From the NCBI GenBank assembly GCA_964348015.1, contig CAYGBC010000050.1, positions 167,154 to 231,153 of the forward strand: DNA of 64,000 nucleotides, read 5' to 3'. The position numbers were made by a program, and so were the translations under genes. Numbering within the stretch: position 1 is the first letter of the stretch; each line of letters begins with the position of its first letter. The notes under the pieces were generated by a model. The model was not told where the DNA came from, did no database searches, and saw only the letters and a program-made list of their open reading frames with translations. This document shows positions 45,139 to 55,789 of the stretch, one piece after another. Source of the DNA: an uncultured Eubacteriales bacterium. Lineage in GTDB: Bacteria > Acidobacteriota > Aminicenantia > Aminicenantales > Aminicenantaceae.

Positions 45139-46425
45139 TCAATAGAAGAAAAATCCTCCTCCTCCATCTCCGAAGCGCGGATTCACGACATTGCTGAAGA
45201 TGGAGCCGAACGAATAGCTGAATCCGACTGAAAAAAAGTATCTGTAGGTCGTGGCGAGTTCTCTTCGCCTCAACAGGATTTCTTCTGGAGTCGCACCGGC
45301 TGAGGGGAGTGCCAGCTGGTCATGGATCGCCGAGTAGCTTCCGAACAAACTCAGCCTCAAGCCTTTGACTATGCGGATGGAAAATTCGCTGAACAGGGAT
45401 AGCGAGTTTTTGCTCCAATCATGAAAGTAATGGGAGCCTCTGAGAGTTGTGCTGATCTCTCCCCACCTTTCTTTGAGCTCTAAAGTGGCCGAGAGAGATT
45501 GCTGCCAGAGGTTTTCATTGGATTTGCCGTATATAGTCTCTTCAATGTAGTCATTGTAACTGTAGTTCAACCTGTACAGAAAACGGAGCTGTCTTCGTGT
45601 TGACTGGGAATACGGGAACACATTGTACTCGATGGCCGGAGCCGGATTGATCCTCAGATTAATATTGCTGTAGGTTGAATAGGATACGGAAAGATAACCG
45701 CCGATGGACCAGTGTTCGCTGAGGCTCTTGACGAGGAGGCCGCTGAATCTCCTGCTCTCGGATGAGGAGGTCAATGTCTCATCGCCGATTTCGAAATTGC
45801 TTTCGTTGTAACTGGCTGAGAGGGATGTGTTGATCTTCCACGCCTCGGTTGTCCTGTCCGCAGAAAGGGAGCCGCGAATGGAATTGTATTCACTCGTTTT
45901 TTCGGCATCAAAAAAGCCGCGCAAGCTGGCGCTGAAAACCCAGAAATTCCACTTGTCTTCCACTGCGGTGGGCTTGACTTCTTCCTCGAAGGAGATAGAG
46001 ACGCGCTCAGCGATCGGAGTATTCGCGACATAGGGCATAAGGCCTTTTTTGATGATTTCCACGAGTCCTTGCCGCGCTTCATCTTCGGTGGCGTCTTTGC
46101 TGGTGTAGTACTTCAGCGTGTTGTTCATCCCGTCAAATTCTTTCTGCCCGATAAATGTCAGCGTGTATTCCCTTCCTCCACTCCCGGTTCTCTGCAGGGT
46201 GACGAGGACGTGAACATCTGCCTCTCTTCTGTCCCAGACATAATTCACGAATGTTATTTCTCTGCGGATATGGTCGATGTCACAGAAGTCACAATCGACA
46301 AAGATCTTCGGCGCTTTCTTTTTTAATTCCTCGATATCTTCCTGTTCGGCCTGGGCACAAAGGCATGGCGCCAGGACCACTAACACGATACAGGTCCAGA
46401 TGAGAACATTGATTTTGCATTTCAT
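45139..46425 (-). CDS. Putative outer-membrane beta-barrel protein of unknown function
   Basis: 428 aa. Signal peptide MKCKINVLIWTCIVLVVLAPCLCAQA. Alternating amphipathic beta-strand-like segments are rich in Y/S/T. The C-terminus FGDGGGGFFFY is aromatic, as is typical of OMP C-termini. Confidence 0.5.
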   Translation of the reverse strand: MKCKINVLIWTCIVLVVLAPCLCAQAEQEDIEELKKKAPKIFVDCDFCDIDHIRREITFVNYVWDRREADVHVLVTLQRTGSGGREYTLTFIGQKEFDGMNNTLKYYTSKDATEDEARQGLVEIIKKGLMPYVANTPIAERVSISFEEEVKPTAVEDKWNFWVFSASLRGFFDAEKTSEYNSIRGSLSADRTTEAWKINTSLSASYNESNFEIGDETLTSSSESRRFSGLLVKSLSEHWSIGGYLSVSYSTYSNINLRINPAPAIEYNVFPYSQSTRRQLRFLYRLNYSYNDYIEETIYGKSNENLWQQSLSATLELKERWGEISTTLRGSHYFHDWSKNSLSLFSEFSIRIVKGLRLSLFGSYSAIHDQLALPSAGATPEEILLRRRELATTYRYFFSVGFSYSFGSIFSNVVNPRFGDGGGGFFFY

Positions 46426-46685
46426 GGATCACAGCCTCCCTTGCTCATTTTCCGTTGCAATGTAAATATTGTATACAACTGCCTGTAAAATTCTTCGCGA
46501 ATTCAGGCAAAAATACGTGAATATGGTCGTTTTCCATGTTAAAGAGCAATTATTGTGCCAACCTCATTTTGAAATACTTCCTGGATTATCTGCATAAATT
46601 TTCCTGTTATTGTGTAATACGTACGAAAATTGATTTTCGTTACACTTGAAATGAAAAAAGAGGATTAAGCTTAGAGGAAACAGCT

Positions 46686-47840
46686 TTAGCGTTTTTTAAC
46701 AAAGAGCAGCATTCCGCTTGATAAGATCGTCAAGATGAGCGAAAAAAGGAATGGGGCGGACATTCCGAAGAGCTCCCAGAGCACTCCGGCAATTAAAGAT
46801 GCGGGGAACGCGCACAAGCCGGTCACCATCTGGAATCCTCCGAGACAGCTCGCCCTGAAATCACAGGGAGCCAGTTCGGAGACGAAGGTTTTTTGAACAG
46901 GCTCGAGGGCTCCTTTGTGAGCTCCGTAAAGAACAAACACGAGGACTATCATGAACCGGTCCGGTCCGGAGATGACGCTCAGACAGACTATGATCCAGAA
47001 GAGGTAAGAAAGGAGAAGAACGGGTTTTCTGCCTATTCGATCCGAGAGTTTCCCGAAGGGATAAGAAAGAACAGATGCGACAACCGTGAAGATCAGATAG
47101 AGGACAGGAACGAAAGTGACGTTGAATCCGAATTCTTTCGCATAGATAAGCAGGAATGAATAACTGAAAGCTCCCAATGCGAAAAAAGAGCTGAGCACGA
47201 GAAAAAGAGTGAAATTTCTGTCCAGATCTCTTAAAGAAATACCTTTATAGATTTTGAGCTTTTTGAGTTTTTTCTCTTTGACCAGGAAAAAGACAAGGGC
47301 CGCACTGATGAGAGAGGGGATTGCAGCCAGGGCAAAGAGAATCCTGTATCCCCACACGCGGAAAAGATAAATGCATATCAGAATCCCGAACACCGCTCCC
47401 AGGTGGTCCATGGCCCGGATCAGCCCGAAGTTCTTGCCTCTGTTTCTGTTATCTGAGATGTCGGCCACTATGGCGTCTCTGGGCGCACTCCTGATCTTTC
47501 CTGACCGGTCGAGAATTCGGAAGGGGACGAGATGAAGCCAGACTGAAGAGAGGGCATATCCGACTCTGGACAAGGCTCCAAAAAGATAACCTGTCCAGAT
47601 GAAGACTTTTCTTTTTTTAATCCGGTCAGATATGTATCCGGAGGCGGCCTGGGATAAAGAGACAAGGGAATCGCCCAATCCGTCCAGGAAACCGAGAGCG
47701 GCCATGTTGGCTTTGAGGACTGTTGTGAGAAAGAGAGGCCATATCGGATAGATGATGTCTGAGCCCATATCATTCAGGAAGGACGCGGCCGCAAATATCC
47801 GGATCGTTTTTTTGGAGTTTGTTTTCCGGTCGTCTGTCAT
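46686..47840 (-). CDS. MFS transporter
   Basis: About 12 TM helices and the GRK-rich loop DRIGRKPVLL. The likely start is MTDDRKTNSKK at 47840. The track start at 47939 adds a non-native-looking N-terminus. Confidence 0.75.
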   Translation of the reverse strand: MTDDRKTNSKKTIRIFAAASFLNDMGSDIIYPIWPLFLTTVLKANMAALGFLDGLGDSLVSLSQAASGYISDRIKKRKVFIWTGYLFGALSRVGYALSSVWLHLVPFRILDRSGKIRSAPRDAIVADISDNRNRGKNFGLIRAMDHLGAVFGILICIYLFRVWGYRILFALAAIPSLISAALVFFLVKEKKLKKLKIYKGISLRDLDRNFTLFLVLSSFFALGAFSYSFLLIYAKEFGFNVTFVPVLYLIFTVVASVLSYPFGKLSDRIGRKPVLLLSYLFWIIVCLSVISGPDRFMIVLVFVLYGAHKGALEPVQKTFVSELAPCDFRASCLGGFQMVTGLCAFPASLIAGVLWELFGMSAPFLFSLILTILSSGMLLFVKKR

Positions 47841-47959
47841 CTGTGATATGTAGGGAAAGTATAGTTCGCCACCATCACAATGTAAACGGCGGAACATTGT
47901 CGATTGACATCCGAGAAATGTCAGAGATAAGATACACAAATAGGGAACGGAGATGTCCT

Positions 47960-49189
47960 ATGAAACTGAAAATAATTTATGCAATCGTCGTAATTTTTTT
48001 AACCGCCTCATTTCTGATGGGATTGGATGATGAAGATATCACTTTGACCTTGAAACTCGGAAACAAAAAGCTCAGAGAGAAGACAATGGATATTTCTCCC
48101 GGGAAGATATATTCGACTCGCGAAGGGAAAGGGATTCCTTTTTCCAGAATGATCAAGGAGATGAAAGAGAGCCGCTTTGTCTATATCGGAGAGACGCATA
48201 ACAGCCTGCCGATGCATAACATCCAGTTGAAAATCATCAAAGCCTTACACGAGCAGGAAAAAGATCTGACAGTTGGTTTGGAAATGTTCCCTGTCAGTCA
48301 TCAGGAAGCTTTGAATAAATGGAACATGGGCATTTTGACTCAGGACGAGTTCATTCGAGAGTCTCAGTGGTATGTGACATGGAATTTCAATTTCGGATTC
48401 TATGAAGGAATTTTTAAGCTGGCCAAAGACCGCAGGATCCCTCTTTACGCTCTCAACGCCCCGAGGAAGCTCATCTCTCAAATCAGGATGAAGGGATGGC
48501 AGTCGCTCTCCGAGGAAGAGAAGGAAATCGTCCCGAACCCCGACCTCTCTCATAAGGAACACAGGACACTCATCCGCACAATTTTCGAAAGCACTGAAAT
48601 TCCGCATCAAATGAAGGGGAAGGGCCTGGAGATGGCATTCGAAGGGCTTTACCGCGCTCAGTCGGCATGGGACGAAGTCATGGCTCTCAATGCGGTCCGG
48701 GCGCACACGAGGGAGAACAAGAAAGTGGTTGTCCTGGTCGGTTCAGGCCATCTGATATACAATTTAGGTATAAACCGGAGAGCCTATGAAAGGAGTCATC
48801 TGCCGTTCAAAACGGTTGTCTGCGTTGAGATTCCCGAAGGAAAAAAAAGCATCCCGGTCTCCAGGACTCTTGCTGATTATATCTGGGGTATTCCCGAGGA
48901 AAAGAGCCCGGCGTTTCCTTCAGTCGGGTTGAGACTCAAGAAATTCGAAGGCCTGGATAATCTGGTCGTCGAGAGCAATCCCATTAGCGGAGCGGCTCTG
49001 GATGCGGATATTGAGAAAGGAGACGTCCTTCTCTTTGTGGACGGGAAGAGTTTTTTTAACATCAACGAGCTGAGGATCTACCTGTCTCAATTCACATGGA
49101 ATGATGAAGTGAAACTCCAACTCCTGCGGGAAGCGCGTCCGGTTGAGGTCGTTCTGAAGTTCACTCCTCCCCAGGAAGAAGAGAAGTAG
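47960..49189 (+). CDS. ChaN/PMT-family (haem-uptake-like, Tiki/TraB superfamily) protein with a C-terminal PDZ domain, secreted
   Basis: Signal peptide MKLKIIYAIVVIFLTASFLMG. FVYIGETHNSLPMHNIQLKIIKAL...GLEMF is the GExH region of ChaN-like proteins. The C-terminus GLRLKKFEG...GAALDADIEKGDVLLFVDG is PDZ-like. The track's 47819 extension overlaps the MFS gene. Confidence 0.6.
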   Translation: MKLKIIYAIVVIFLTASFLMGLDDEDITLTLKLGNKKLREKTMDISPGKIYSTREGKGIPFSRMIKEMKESRFVYIGETHNSLPMHNIQLKIIKALHEQEKDLTVGLEMFPVSHQEALNKWNMGILTQDEFIRESQWYVTWNFNFGFYEGIFKLAKDRRIPLYALNAPRKLISQIRMKGWQSLSEEEKEIVPNPDLSHKEHRTLIRTIFESTEIPHQMKGKGLEMAFEGLYRAQSAWDEVMALNAVRAHTRENKKVVVLVGSGHLIYNLGINRRAYERSHLPFKTVVCVEIPEGKKSIPVSRTLADYIWGIPEEKSPAFPSVGLRLKKFEGLDNLVVESNPISGAALDADIEKGDVLLFVDGKSFFNINELRIYLSQFTWNDEVKLQLLREARPVEVVLKFTPPQEEEK

Positions 49190-49338
49190 AGTGAGGTTTT
49201 TGTCCGAAAGATAAGGTCCCAAGGATTAATTCTCATTAAGGGTCAGTCTTTTTCAAAGCCAAAAACAGTCAGAAGAATTACTTTGTTGGGGAGCACTCTT
49301 CAGAGCGGAGAACGAAGTTTTGCTTTATTGGGGATTGG

Positions 49339-50166
49339 CTATTTTGTGCAGTCTTTATTGATGGAGAGGACGTAATTTTCAATAACTCTTAATTCTTTCG
49401 CTGTTTCCCATCCATCGAATCCCTTAAGGTCCTCATAGATTATTTTCTGGGTATACTGGTGGAGGAATGATTTGGCTAACGGGAAGTAAGACCAGTGCCA
49501 TTTTTCTTCTTCATACCCTGTTGGCCTGGAAGAGTTTTTAGGCGTATACGTCTGGCAAAATCCATAGGTAGATGCGTTCTCTTTCAACCAGGCGTATGTC
49601 CTTTTCCCGAGTTCTGTTTCGAAATAATCGTTTTCCAAGGCGTTGAGGTCAATGTCTGTTCCCCAATGATGCCGGGATGTTCCGGGCATAGCGCTGAATT
49701 TCAGGATAATTTTCGCCCTTTCAACGGGATCGCTGATCGATTGAGAGAGGTCTTTGCCTTCCACGGGTGTCTGCCCACTCCACTTTCTTTCCCATATGGA
49801 TCTTTGATACTCAAAATTCCGTGTCCCTGAGAGGATTGTGAGCTGGATGCCGGCCTGAAAAGCCGCCTCATGCATTTTTTTAAAAGCTTCGTAGGTTTCT
49901 TTTCTTAAATACTGACCTACCCTTTGGGTGTATTTCGATTCGACCTCGATAAAATCATCATCCAGAGCAGGCACGAAATTCCCCAACAGATAGTTTTTTC
50001 CCACAGTGATTTCCGTGTCATTCCCGAGTGTTCCATGCGGGGCAAGTTGAACCTCATCTTCCTCAGAAATTGGGTTTTCGGAAAATCCGGTTATAAAGAG
50101 AAGAATAAAGACGATGACGAGCAAAAGAGAGAAGGGCACGATGAGGATGATTTTGAGGTGACTCAT
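49339..50166 (-). CDS. M15 family metallopeptidase (VanY-like D-Ala-D-Ala carboxypeptidase), membrane-anchored
   Basis: N-terminal TM MSHLKIILIVPFSLLLVIVFILLFI. SAMPGTSRHHWGTDIDLN matches the SxHxxGxAxD zinc-binding motif of the M15B/VanY family. Confidence 0.7.
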   Translation of the reverse strand: MSHLKIILIVPFSLLLVIVFILLFITGFSENPISEEDEVQLAPHGTLGNDTEITVGKNYLLGNFVPALDDDFIEVESKYTQRVGQYLRKETYEAFKKMHEAAFQAGIQLTILSGTRNFEYQRSIWERKWSGQTPVEGKDLSQSISDPVERAKIILKFSAMPGTSRHHWGTDIDLNALENDYFETELGKRTYAWLKENASTYGFCQTYTPKNSSRPTGYEEEKWHWSYFPLAKSFLHQYTQKIIYEDLKGFDGWETAKELRVIENYVLSINKDCTK

Positions 50167-50359
50167 TCTGTCTTTTTAAGCCATGGCTCCTCTGGCTTTT
50201 TTCCTGCAGACTAATGGATTCTGAATATGAGAATAAACTTCTTTGTCTATCCTATCAAGAGGAATTCGTGAATTTCTCCACTCATGAGAGAGATTTCTGT
50301 ATCAAGAATTTTTAGAGAATGAGAACCGCTCATGGGATTATCCGACTTGTAGTGAATTT

Positions 50360-51232
50360 CTATCTGCTGAGCGCGTCCTTGACCTTTTGTCCGATCTCCG
50401 CCGGGCTTTTGGCGACATAGACTCCAGCCGCTTCCAGAGCCTCCATCTTTTCCTTGGCCGTGCCTTTCCCGCCTGCGATGATCGCACCGGCATGGCCCAT
50501 GCGTCGTCCGGGCGGAGCCGTCTGGCCGGCGATGAAGCTCACGACTGGCTTTGTGAACTCTTCTTTGATGTATTCCGCGGCTTCTTCCTCTGCCGTTCCA
50601 CCGATCTCACCGATAAGGATGACGCCTTCGGTCTCGTCATCTTCTTTAAAAAGTTTCAGGAGCTCGATGAATTTGAGCCCGACGATCGGATCGCCCCCAA
50701 TCCCTACAGCTGTGGACTGTCCGAATCCGAGCTGTGTCACCTGGTCCACGGCTTCGTAAGTCAATGTCCCTGAACGTGAGATGATTCCGATCGAACCGGG
50801 AGTGTGAATGTGGCCGGGCATGATGCCGATCTTGCATTTTCCGGGAGAGATGATCCCGGGTGTGTTGGGCCCGATCAGGCAGCAGTCTTTATCCTTGAGG
50901 AATGATTTCGCCTTGATCATGTCAAAGGTGGGTATTCCTTCTGTGATGCACACGACGCATTGGATCCCGGCGGCCGCGGCTTCCATGATCGCATCACTTG
51001 CAAAGAAAGCCGGGACAAAGATCGCGGAGGCGTTAGCGCCTTCTTTCTCTACGGCATCGGCGACTGTGTTATAGACTGGGACTCCGAGGTGTGTTGTCCC
51101 TCCTTTGCCGGGCGTCACGCCGGCGACAACGGCGGTTCCGTATTCCTGCATTCTCTGGGTATGAAATGTCCCTTCCCCTCCAGTGATTCCCTGGACTACG
51201 ACTCGTGTTTTGTCATCGACGATAATACTCAT
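50360..51232 (-). CDS. sucD: Succinate--CoA ligase (ADP-forming) alpha subunit
   Basis: 290 aa. The CoA-binding motif is [22 protein letters not shown] contains the phospho-His loop region and [14 protein letters not shown] is present. Confidence 0.9.
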   Translation of the reverse strand: MSIIVDDKTRVVVQGITGGEGTFHTQRMQEYGTAVVAGVTPGKGGTTHLGVPVYNTVADAVEKEGANASAIFVPAFFASDAIMEAAAAGIQCVVCITEGIPTFDMIKAKSFLKDKDCCLIGPNTPGIISPGKCKIGIMPGHIHTPGSIGIISRSGTLTYEAVDQVTQLGFGQSTAVGIGGDPIVGLKFIELLKLFKEDDETEGVILIGEIGGTAEEEAAEYIKEEFTKPVVSFIAGQTAPPGRRMGHAGAIIAGGKGTAKEKMEALEAAGVYVAKSPAEIGQKVKDALSR

Positions 51233-51247
51233 GTTCTGCTCCTTTAG

Positions 51248-52408
51248 TCAGTTCTTAGCCAGCGGAACGACCTTTTCAGCCGCTTCTTTCATCGTGCCCG
51301 CGGGGTGAAACGAGAGCCCTGATTTTTCGAGGATTTTTTTCCCTTCTTCGACATTAGTCCCTTCGAGCCGGACAACCATCGGCACGTCGAGACGGAGTTC
51401 CTTGGCTGCTTTAACGATTCCGTTCGCAACAAGGTCACAGCGAACAATGCCTCCAAAGATGTTGATCAAAGCCGCCTTGACGTCCTTATCCGAAACGAGA
51501 ATTTTGAACGCATTTTGGACGGCCTCCTCCGACACACCGCCCCCGACATCGAGGAAGTTTGCCGGCATACCTCCTGAATGCATGATGATATCCATAGTCG
51601 CCATCGCCAATCCGGCACCGTTCACCATGCAGCCGACATTCCCGTCGAGCTTGATGTAGTTCAAGTTGAATTTCGAGGCCTCGACTTCCAGAGGCTCTTC
51701 TTCATCCAGATCCCTCATGTCTTTGATATCTGAATGACGGGGGAGGGCATTGTCGTCGAAATTCATCTTGGCGTCCAGCGCGAGAACGTCACCCTGCTTG
51801 GTCACGAGAAGGGGATTGATTTCTGCCAGGGAGGCATCAGTGGCTTCAAACGCTCTGTAAAGACTCATGATGAACTTGACGGCTTGCTTAAAAGTTTCTC
51901 CGGCAAGCCCCAGATTGAAAGCGAGATTCCGAGCCTGGAAAGAAAGGAATCCGGTGGCCGGATTGATGTATTCTTTGAAAATCAATTCCGGAGTCTCGGC
52001 GGCTACCTTTTCGATCTCGACACCTCCTTCTGAAGATGCCATGACCACAGGGGCTTCTTTGGCTCTGTCGATGACGATCCCGATATACAGTTCCCTGTCA
52101 ATGTCCAGAGCTTCTTCCACAAGGATTCTCTTCACACGTTTTCCCTCCGGTCCGGTTTGGTGTGTCACCAGGGTCATCCCGATCATTTCCTCGGCGGTTT
52201 TCTCAGCTTCCTCTGGGTTTCCGGCCAGCTTGATGCCCCCTCCTTTGCCTCGGCCGCCCGCATGAATCTGGGCTTTGAGAACGACCTTGGGACCGACCTT
52301 CTCTGCGATTTCACGAGCTTTGGAAGGATTATCTGTCACTTCTCCTTTGGGTATTGAAACGCCATGGCTATTGAGGATTTGTTTGGCTTGATACTCATGA
52401 ATTTTCAT
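51248..52408 (-). CDS. sucC: Succinate--CoA ligase (ADP-forming) beta subunit
   Basis: 386 aa. [12 protein letters not shown], the ATP-grasp domain and [10 protein letters not shown] are present. It lies directly upstream of sucD. Confidence 0.9.
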   Translation of the reverse strand: MKIHEYQAKQILNSHGVSIPKGEVTDNPSKAREIAEKVGPKVVLKAQIHAGGRGKGGGIKLAGNPEEAEKTAEEMIGMTLVTHQTGPEGKRVKRILVEEALDIDRELYIGIVIDRAKEAPVVMASSEGGVEIEKVAAETPELIFKEYINPATGFLSFQARNLAFNLGLAGETFKQAVKFIMSLYRAFEATDASLAEINPLLVTKQGDVLALDAKMNFDDNALPRHSDIKDMRDLDEEEPLEVEASKFNLNYIKLDGNVGCMVNGAGLAMATMDIIMHSGGMPANFLDVGGGVSEEAVQNAFKILVSDKDVKAALINIFGGIVRCDLVANGIVKAAKELRLDVPMVVRLEGTNVEEGKKILEKSGLSFHPAGTMKEAAEKVVPLAKN

Positions 52409-52554
52409 AGTCTCTATCCTTTGTTTAAAACACGCGGTGGCTTACCATTTCTATTCAGAGATTAGACAGGAGACGTATTTTTTGAGTCCCGGAATTCAGG
52501 CAGAAAAAGAACACGGTCAGATTTCCAGTGCGAGCGCTATGTTCGACTCTGCGT

Positions 52555-53109
52555 TTACTCTTTTCTGTATTTCTTCTTTCCTTCTTCATACAGGTCGCCG
52601 CCGTACATGTCGTTAATGACTATGCACGGGAAGTCTTTGACCTTGACTCGCCTGATTGCCTCAGGACCCAACTCTGGATAAGCAATGACTTCGGCTTCCG
52701 TGATGCTTTTGGAGATGAGAGCTCCAGCTCCACCTACGGCCGCGAGATAGACAGCCTTGAATTTTTTTAAAGACTCCTTGACTTCCTGGTTTCTGGATCC
52801 TTTTCCGATCGTGCCTTTGAGACCGAGGGAATGGAGGATCGGAGCGAAAGAGTCCATCCTGTAGCTTGTTGTCGGTCCTGCAGAGCCTATCGGGTTTCCC
52901 GGGCGGGCAGGAGTGGGCCCCACGTAATAAATAATCTGACCTTTGACATCTATCGGCAGCTCTTTTCCTTCCTCCACGAGTTCGATCAATTTCTTATGAG
53001 CGGAGTCTCTTCCTGTATACAGATACCCTGTGATGAAGATCCTGTCTCCAGCCCTGAGCTTTTCTACGGTTTCGTCTGAAACAGGAGTTTCGATTTTGTG
53101 TTCTGCCAT
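52555..53109 (-). CDS. Class I fumarate hydratase / L(+)-tartrate dehydratase beta subunit (Fe-S hydro-lyase C-terminal domain)
   Basis: 184 aa. RAGDRIFITGYLYTGRDSAHKKLIEL, YYVGPTP and GPTTSYRMD are collinear with TtdB/FumA C-terminal domains. No alpha subunit lies adjacent. Confidence 0.8.
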   Translation of the reverse strand: MAEHKIETPVSDETVEKLRAGDRIFITGYLYTGRDSAHKKLIELVEEGKELPIDVKGQIIYYVGPTPARPGNPIGSAGPTTSYRMDSFAPILHSLGLKGTIGKGSRNQEVKESLKKFKAVYLAAVGGAGALISKSITEAEVIAYPELGPEAIRRVKVKDFPCIVINDMYGGDLYEEGKKKYRKE

Positions 53110-53114
53110 TCTCC

Positions 53115-54041
53115 TTAGAACTTGAGCAGGCCGATCACTGTACGGACCGCGGCTTCTGAACTCTTGATCATTTCTTTCTCTTCGTCATTCAAGTCGATCT
53201 CTATGATCTCTTCAACGCCGTTCGCTCCGAGCTTGATCGGGACTCCAAAATAGAGGTCTTTGATCCCGTATTCGCCCTCAAGATACGCGGCGCAGGGAAG
53301 AATTTTTTTCTTATCCTTCACGACGGATTCAACCATTTCCGCGACAGCGAGTGACGGGGCATAGTACGCACTTCCAGTTTTCAGGTATTTGACGATTTCT
53401 CCGCCACCTTTTCGGGTTCTTTCGATTATCGCATCCAGCTTGTCCTGAGGGATGAAATGCGACACGGGAATTCCCGAGACTGTGGTGTACCGAGCGATCG
53501 GAACCATCGTGTCTCCGTGTCCTCCGAGGACGAGCGCTTGGATGCTTTCGACGGAGACATTGAGTTCCATGGCTAAGAATGTCCGGAAACGAGTGGTGTC
53601 CAGGATTCCGGCCATCCCGAAGACTCTGTTTTTCGGAAAGCCGCTGACCTTGAAAGCGGTGTAGGCCATCGCGTCCAGAGGGTTCGATACGACGAGCAGC
53701 ATCGCATCGGGAGAGTGCTTGACGACTTCTTCAGTGACAGGCTTCACGATATTGAAATTTGAGTCGACCAGCTCATCCCGGCTCATTCCAGGCTTTCGGG
53801 GCTTTCCGGCTGTGATCACAACGATGTCGGAGTTCGCGGTATCCGCATAGGAGTTCGTGCCGACGATTGCGGAGTCGTATTTCCCGACTGGTCCGCCTTC
53901 GCGAATATCCAGCCCTTTTCCGATGGGCATGTCTTCGATGATGTCCAGCAGGATAACATCTCCGAGTTCTTTCTCAGCAATCTTGAATGCAGTGACTTCT
54001 CCAACGTGTCCGGCTCCGATGACAGTGATTTTTTTCCTCAT
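53115..54041 (-). CDS. mdh: Malate dehydrogenase (LDH-like family)
   Basis: [13 protein letters not shown] and [16 protein letters not shown] carry the Arg that specifies malate. GGHGDTMVP is also present. Confidence 0.9.
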   Translation of the reverse strand: MRKKITVIGAGHVGEVTAFKIAEKELGDVILLDIIEDMPIGKGLDIREGGPVGKYDSAIVGTNSYADTANSDIVVITAGKPRKPGMSRDELVDSNFNIVKPVTEEVVKHSPDAMLLVVSNPLDAMAYTAFKVSGFPKNRVFGMAGILDTTRFRTFLAMELNVSVESIQALVLGGHGDTMVPIARYTTVSGIPVSHFIPQDKLDAIIERTRKGGGEIVKYLKTGSAYYAPSLAVAEMVESVVKDKKKILPCAAYLEGEYGIKDLYFGVPIKLGANGVEEIIEIDLNDEEKEMIKSSEAAVRTVIGLLKF

Positions 54042-54364
54042 TATTAAACCTCCTGTATTTGATTATTAAAGAGAATGAAAATTATTTCATTCGCGTAAAT
54101 CTTCTTTGCATTTCTAAGAGTTATTTATCCGCTTTTGAGTGACGGGTGCGCAACGCATAGACCGTTCTTCTGGAAACCCTGCTTAATGAGTATCTGAATA
54201 TAATTCATAATATTTTTACAGTCAAGAAGAAGTTCATCTGAGACGAAAAAAAAGACAGGTTCCTGTTCAGAAAGGCTGTGTCTCTTGGAGTCATTCTTGA
54301 GGGTTGTGTGAGACAGAATCGTGTCAGACTCAAAATGCCACGTGGCTGCCCCTCTTCGATCAAT

Positions 54365-55561
54365 CTATTTGGTAAAACCTTCCCACTTCTTCTTTAAATT
54401 TGGATCTTGTATTGTTTCCATCAGATATTCGGCGAGTTCTGCGCCTGTCGCGCCCGTATCCCGGCCTGTGAGAACCAGTTTTTTCTCGTATTGACCACAG
54501 ACGTCTAAAGCCATTTCCAGCTTTTTCGCTCTATCCGGATACCCGATGTGATTGATCAGCATCGAGGCGGCCCGGATCATGCTGGAGGGGTCCGCGTATT
54601 GGGCCCGGCCTTCTTTGACCATGCGGGGAGCAGAACCGTGAATGGCTTCGAACATCGCATACCGCTTTCCGATATTGGCGCTTCCGGCGGTCCCGACTCC
54701 TCCCTGGAATTCGGCGGCTTCGTCAGTCAGGATATCTCCGTAGAGATTGGGGAGTACGACTACCTTGAATTGAGTTCTGCGCTTGGGATCGACGAGTTTT
54801 GCGGTCATGATATCGATGTACCAGTCGTCGACCTCGACTTCAGGATATTCCTTGGCGATCTTGTAGCCGATATCCAGGAATTTGCCATCCGATGTCTTGA
54901 CCACATTCGCCTTGGTCACGATGGTCACTCGGTTGATGTTGTTCTTTTTCGCATGTTCAAAAGCCAGGCGGATGATCCTCTCAGCGCCCTGGGAGGTGAT
55001 GACTTTAAAATCTATGGCGAGATCTTCCGTGACGTTGATTCCCTTGCTTCCCATGATGTAGGCGCCTTCAGTGTTTTCTCGAAAGAACATCCAGTCGATC
55101 CCTTCCTTGGGGACTTTGACCGGCCTGACATTGGCGAAAAGGTCCAGATAGCGCCGCATAGACACATTGCAGCTCTCAATGTTGGGCCAGGGGTCGCCTC
55201 TTCTTGGGGTGGTGGTGGGGCCCTTGAGGGTGACGTGACACTTTTTAATCTCTTCCAGGACATCATCCGGAATGGACTTGTTCTGCTCGGCACGGTTCTC
55301 GATCGTCAATCCTTCGATGTTGCGGATCTCAACTTTTCCACTTTTAATTTCCTCTTGGAGCATGAACTCGAGGACTTTTCGCGCCTCAGCGGCTATGTAA
55401 GGACCGATCCCGTCTCCGCCGATGATTCCGATTATTATCGGTTTTACCTGGGAGTAATCGATCCAATCTTGAGCCTTCTTCATAGCTTCCACGCGGTTGA
55501 GTTGTTCTTCGACAATCTGTCCAAAGTATTCTTTGGCTTTGTCGACAGCTGAATTACCCAT
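54365..55561 (-). CDS. icd: Isocitrate dehydrogenase (NADP-dependent, prokaryotic homodimeric type)
   Basis: GGAGG sits 8 nt upstream of ATG 55561, giving MGNSAV.... NLYGDILTDEAAEFQGGVGTAGSANIG is the isocitrate/isopropylmalate dehydrogenase signature. The regulatory-loop region is collinear with E. coli Icd. The track start at 55651 is an over-extension. Confidence 0.85.
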   Translation of the reverse strand: MGNSAVDKAKEYFGQIVEEQLNRVEAMKKAQDWIDYSQVKPIIIGIIGGDGIGPYIAAEARKVLEFMLQEEIKSGKVEIRNIEGLTIENRAEQNKSIPDDVLEEIKKCHVTLKGPTTTPRRGDPWPNIESCNVSMRRYLDLFANVRPVKVPKEGIDWMFFRENTEGAYIMGSKGINVTEDLAIDFKVITSQGAERIIRLAFEHAKKNNINRVTIVTKANVVKTSDGKFLDIGYKIAKEYPEVEVDDWYIDIMTAKLVDPKRRTQFKVVVLPNLYGDILTDEAAEFQGGVGTAGSANIGKRYAMFEAIHGSAPRMVKEGRAQYADPSSMIRAASMLINHIGYPDRAKKLEMALDVCGQYEKKLVLTGRDTGATGAELAEYLMETIQDPNLKKKWEGFTK

Positions 55562-55789
55562 AATTATTCCTCCCGTTAAAAAAAATGAATTCTCAGAAAT
55601 GGTAGAATGAAACAGTTGAAACATCTTATAATTTTTCTTTGCGAAAATCAACTCAAGGCATAAAAAAAATCAGACGAAGTTGAGAAGAGAGCCTAAACAA
55701 GGTAACTGAGAAAATTATTTTTGACAAATCTCCTCAAACATTCTATACAGTATACTGCTGAACATCAGAACCTCCAGGGAGACTGAGCC

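Noticed and set aside
47819-47959. N-terminal extensions in the ORF track: 47819 for the ChaN-like gene, 6155 for the second ABC ATPase, 40876 for lgt, 55651 for icd, 30636 for pmbA, 9201 for the lipoprotein.
   Set aside because: Each extension overlaps a neighbouring gene or precedes an internal Met that has a good RBS and a native-looking N-terminus. Starts were trimmed accordingly.
50179-50202. Hairpin agcca-tggctcctc-tggct followed by T6 between sucD and the M15 peptidase gene.
   Set aside because: The T-tract follows the stem only on the + strand, where no gene terminates. On the - strand (sucD direction) the stem is followed by A/U-mixed sequence. It cannot be assigned as a terminator for either flanking gene.
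54548-55552. Long antisense ORFs overlapping well-supported genes. Examples: 334 aa opposite icd, 263 aa at 43275-44066 opposite EF-G, 245 aa at 6161-6898 opposite the second ABC ATPase, 213 aa at 8581-9222 opposite the lipoprotein, 218 aa at 1117-1773 opposite the S9 peptidase.
   Set aside because: They have no recognisable motifs and low-complexity Arg/Ser/Pro-rich translations. Each overlaps a gene with strong homology on the other strand. They are typical shadow ORFs.
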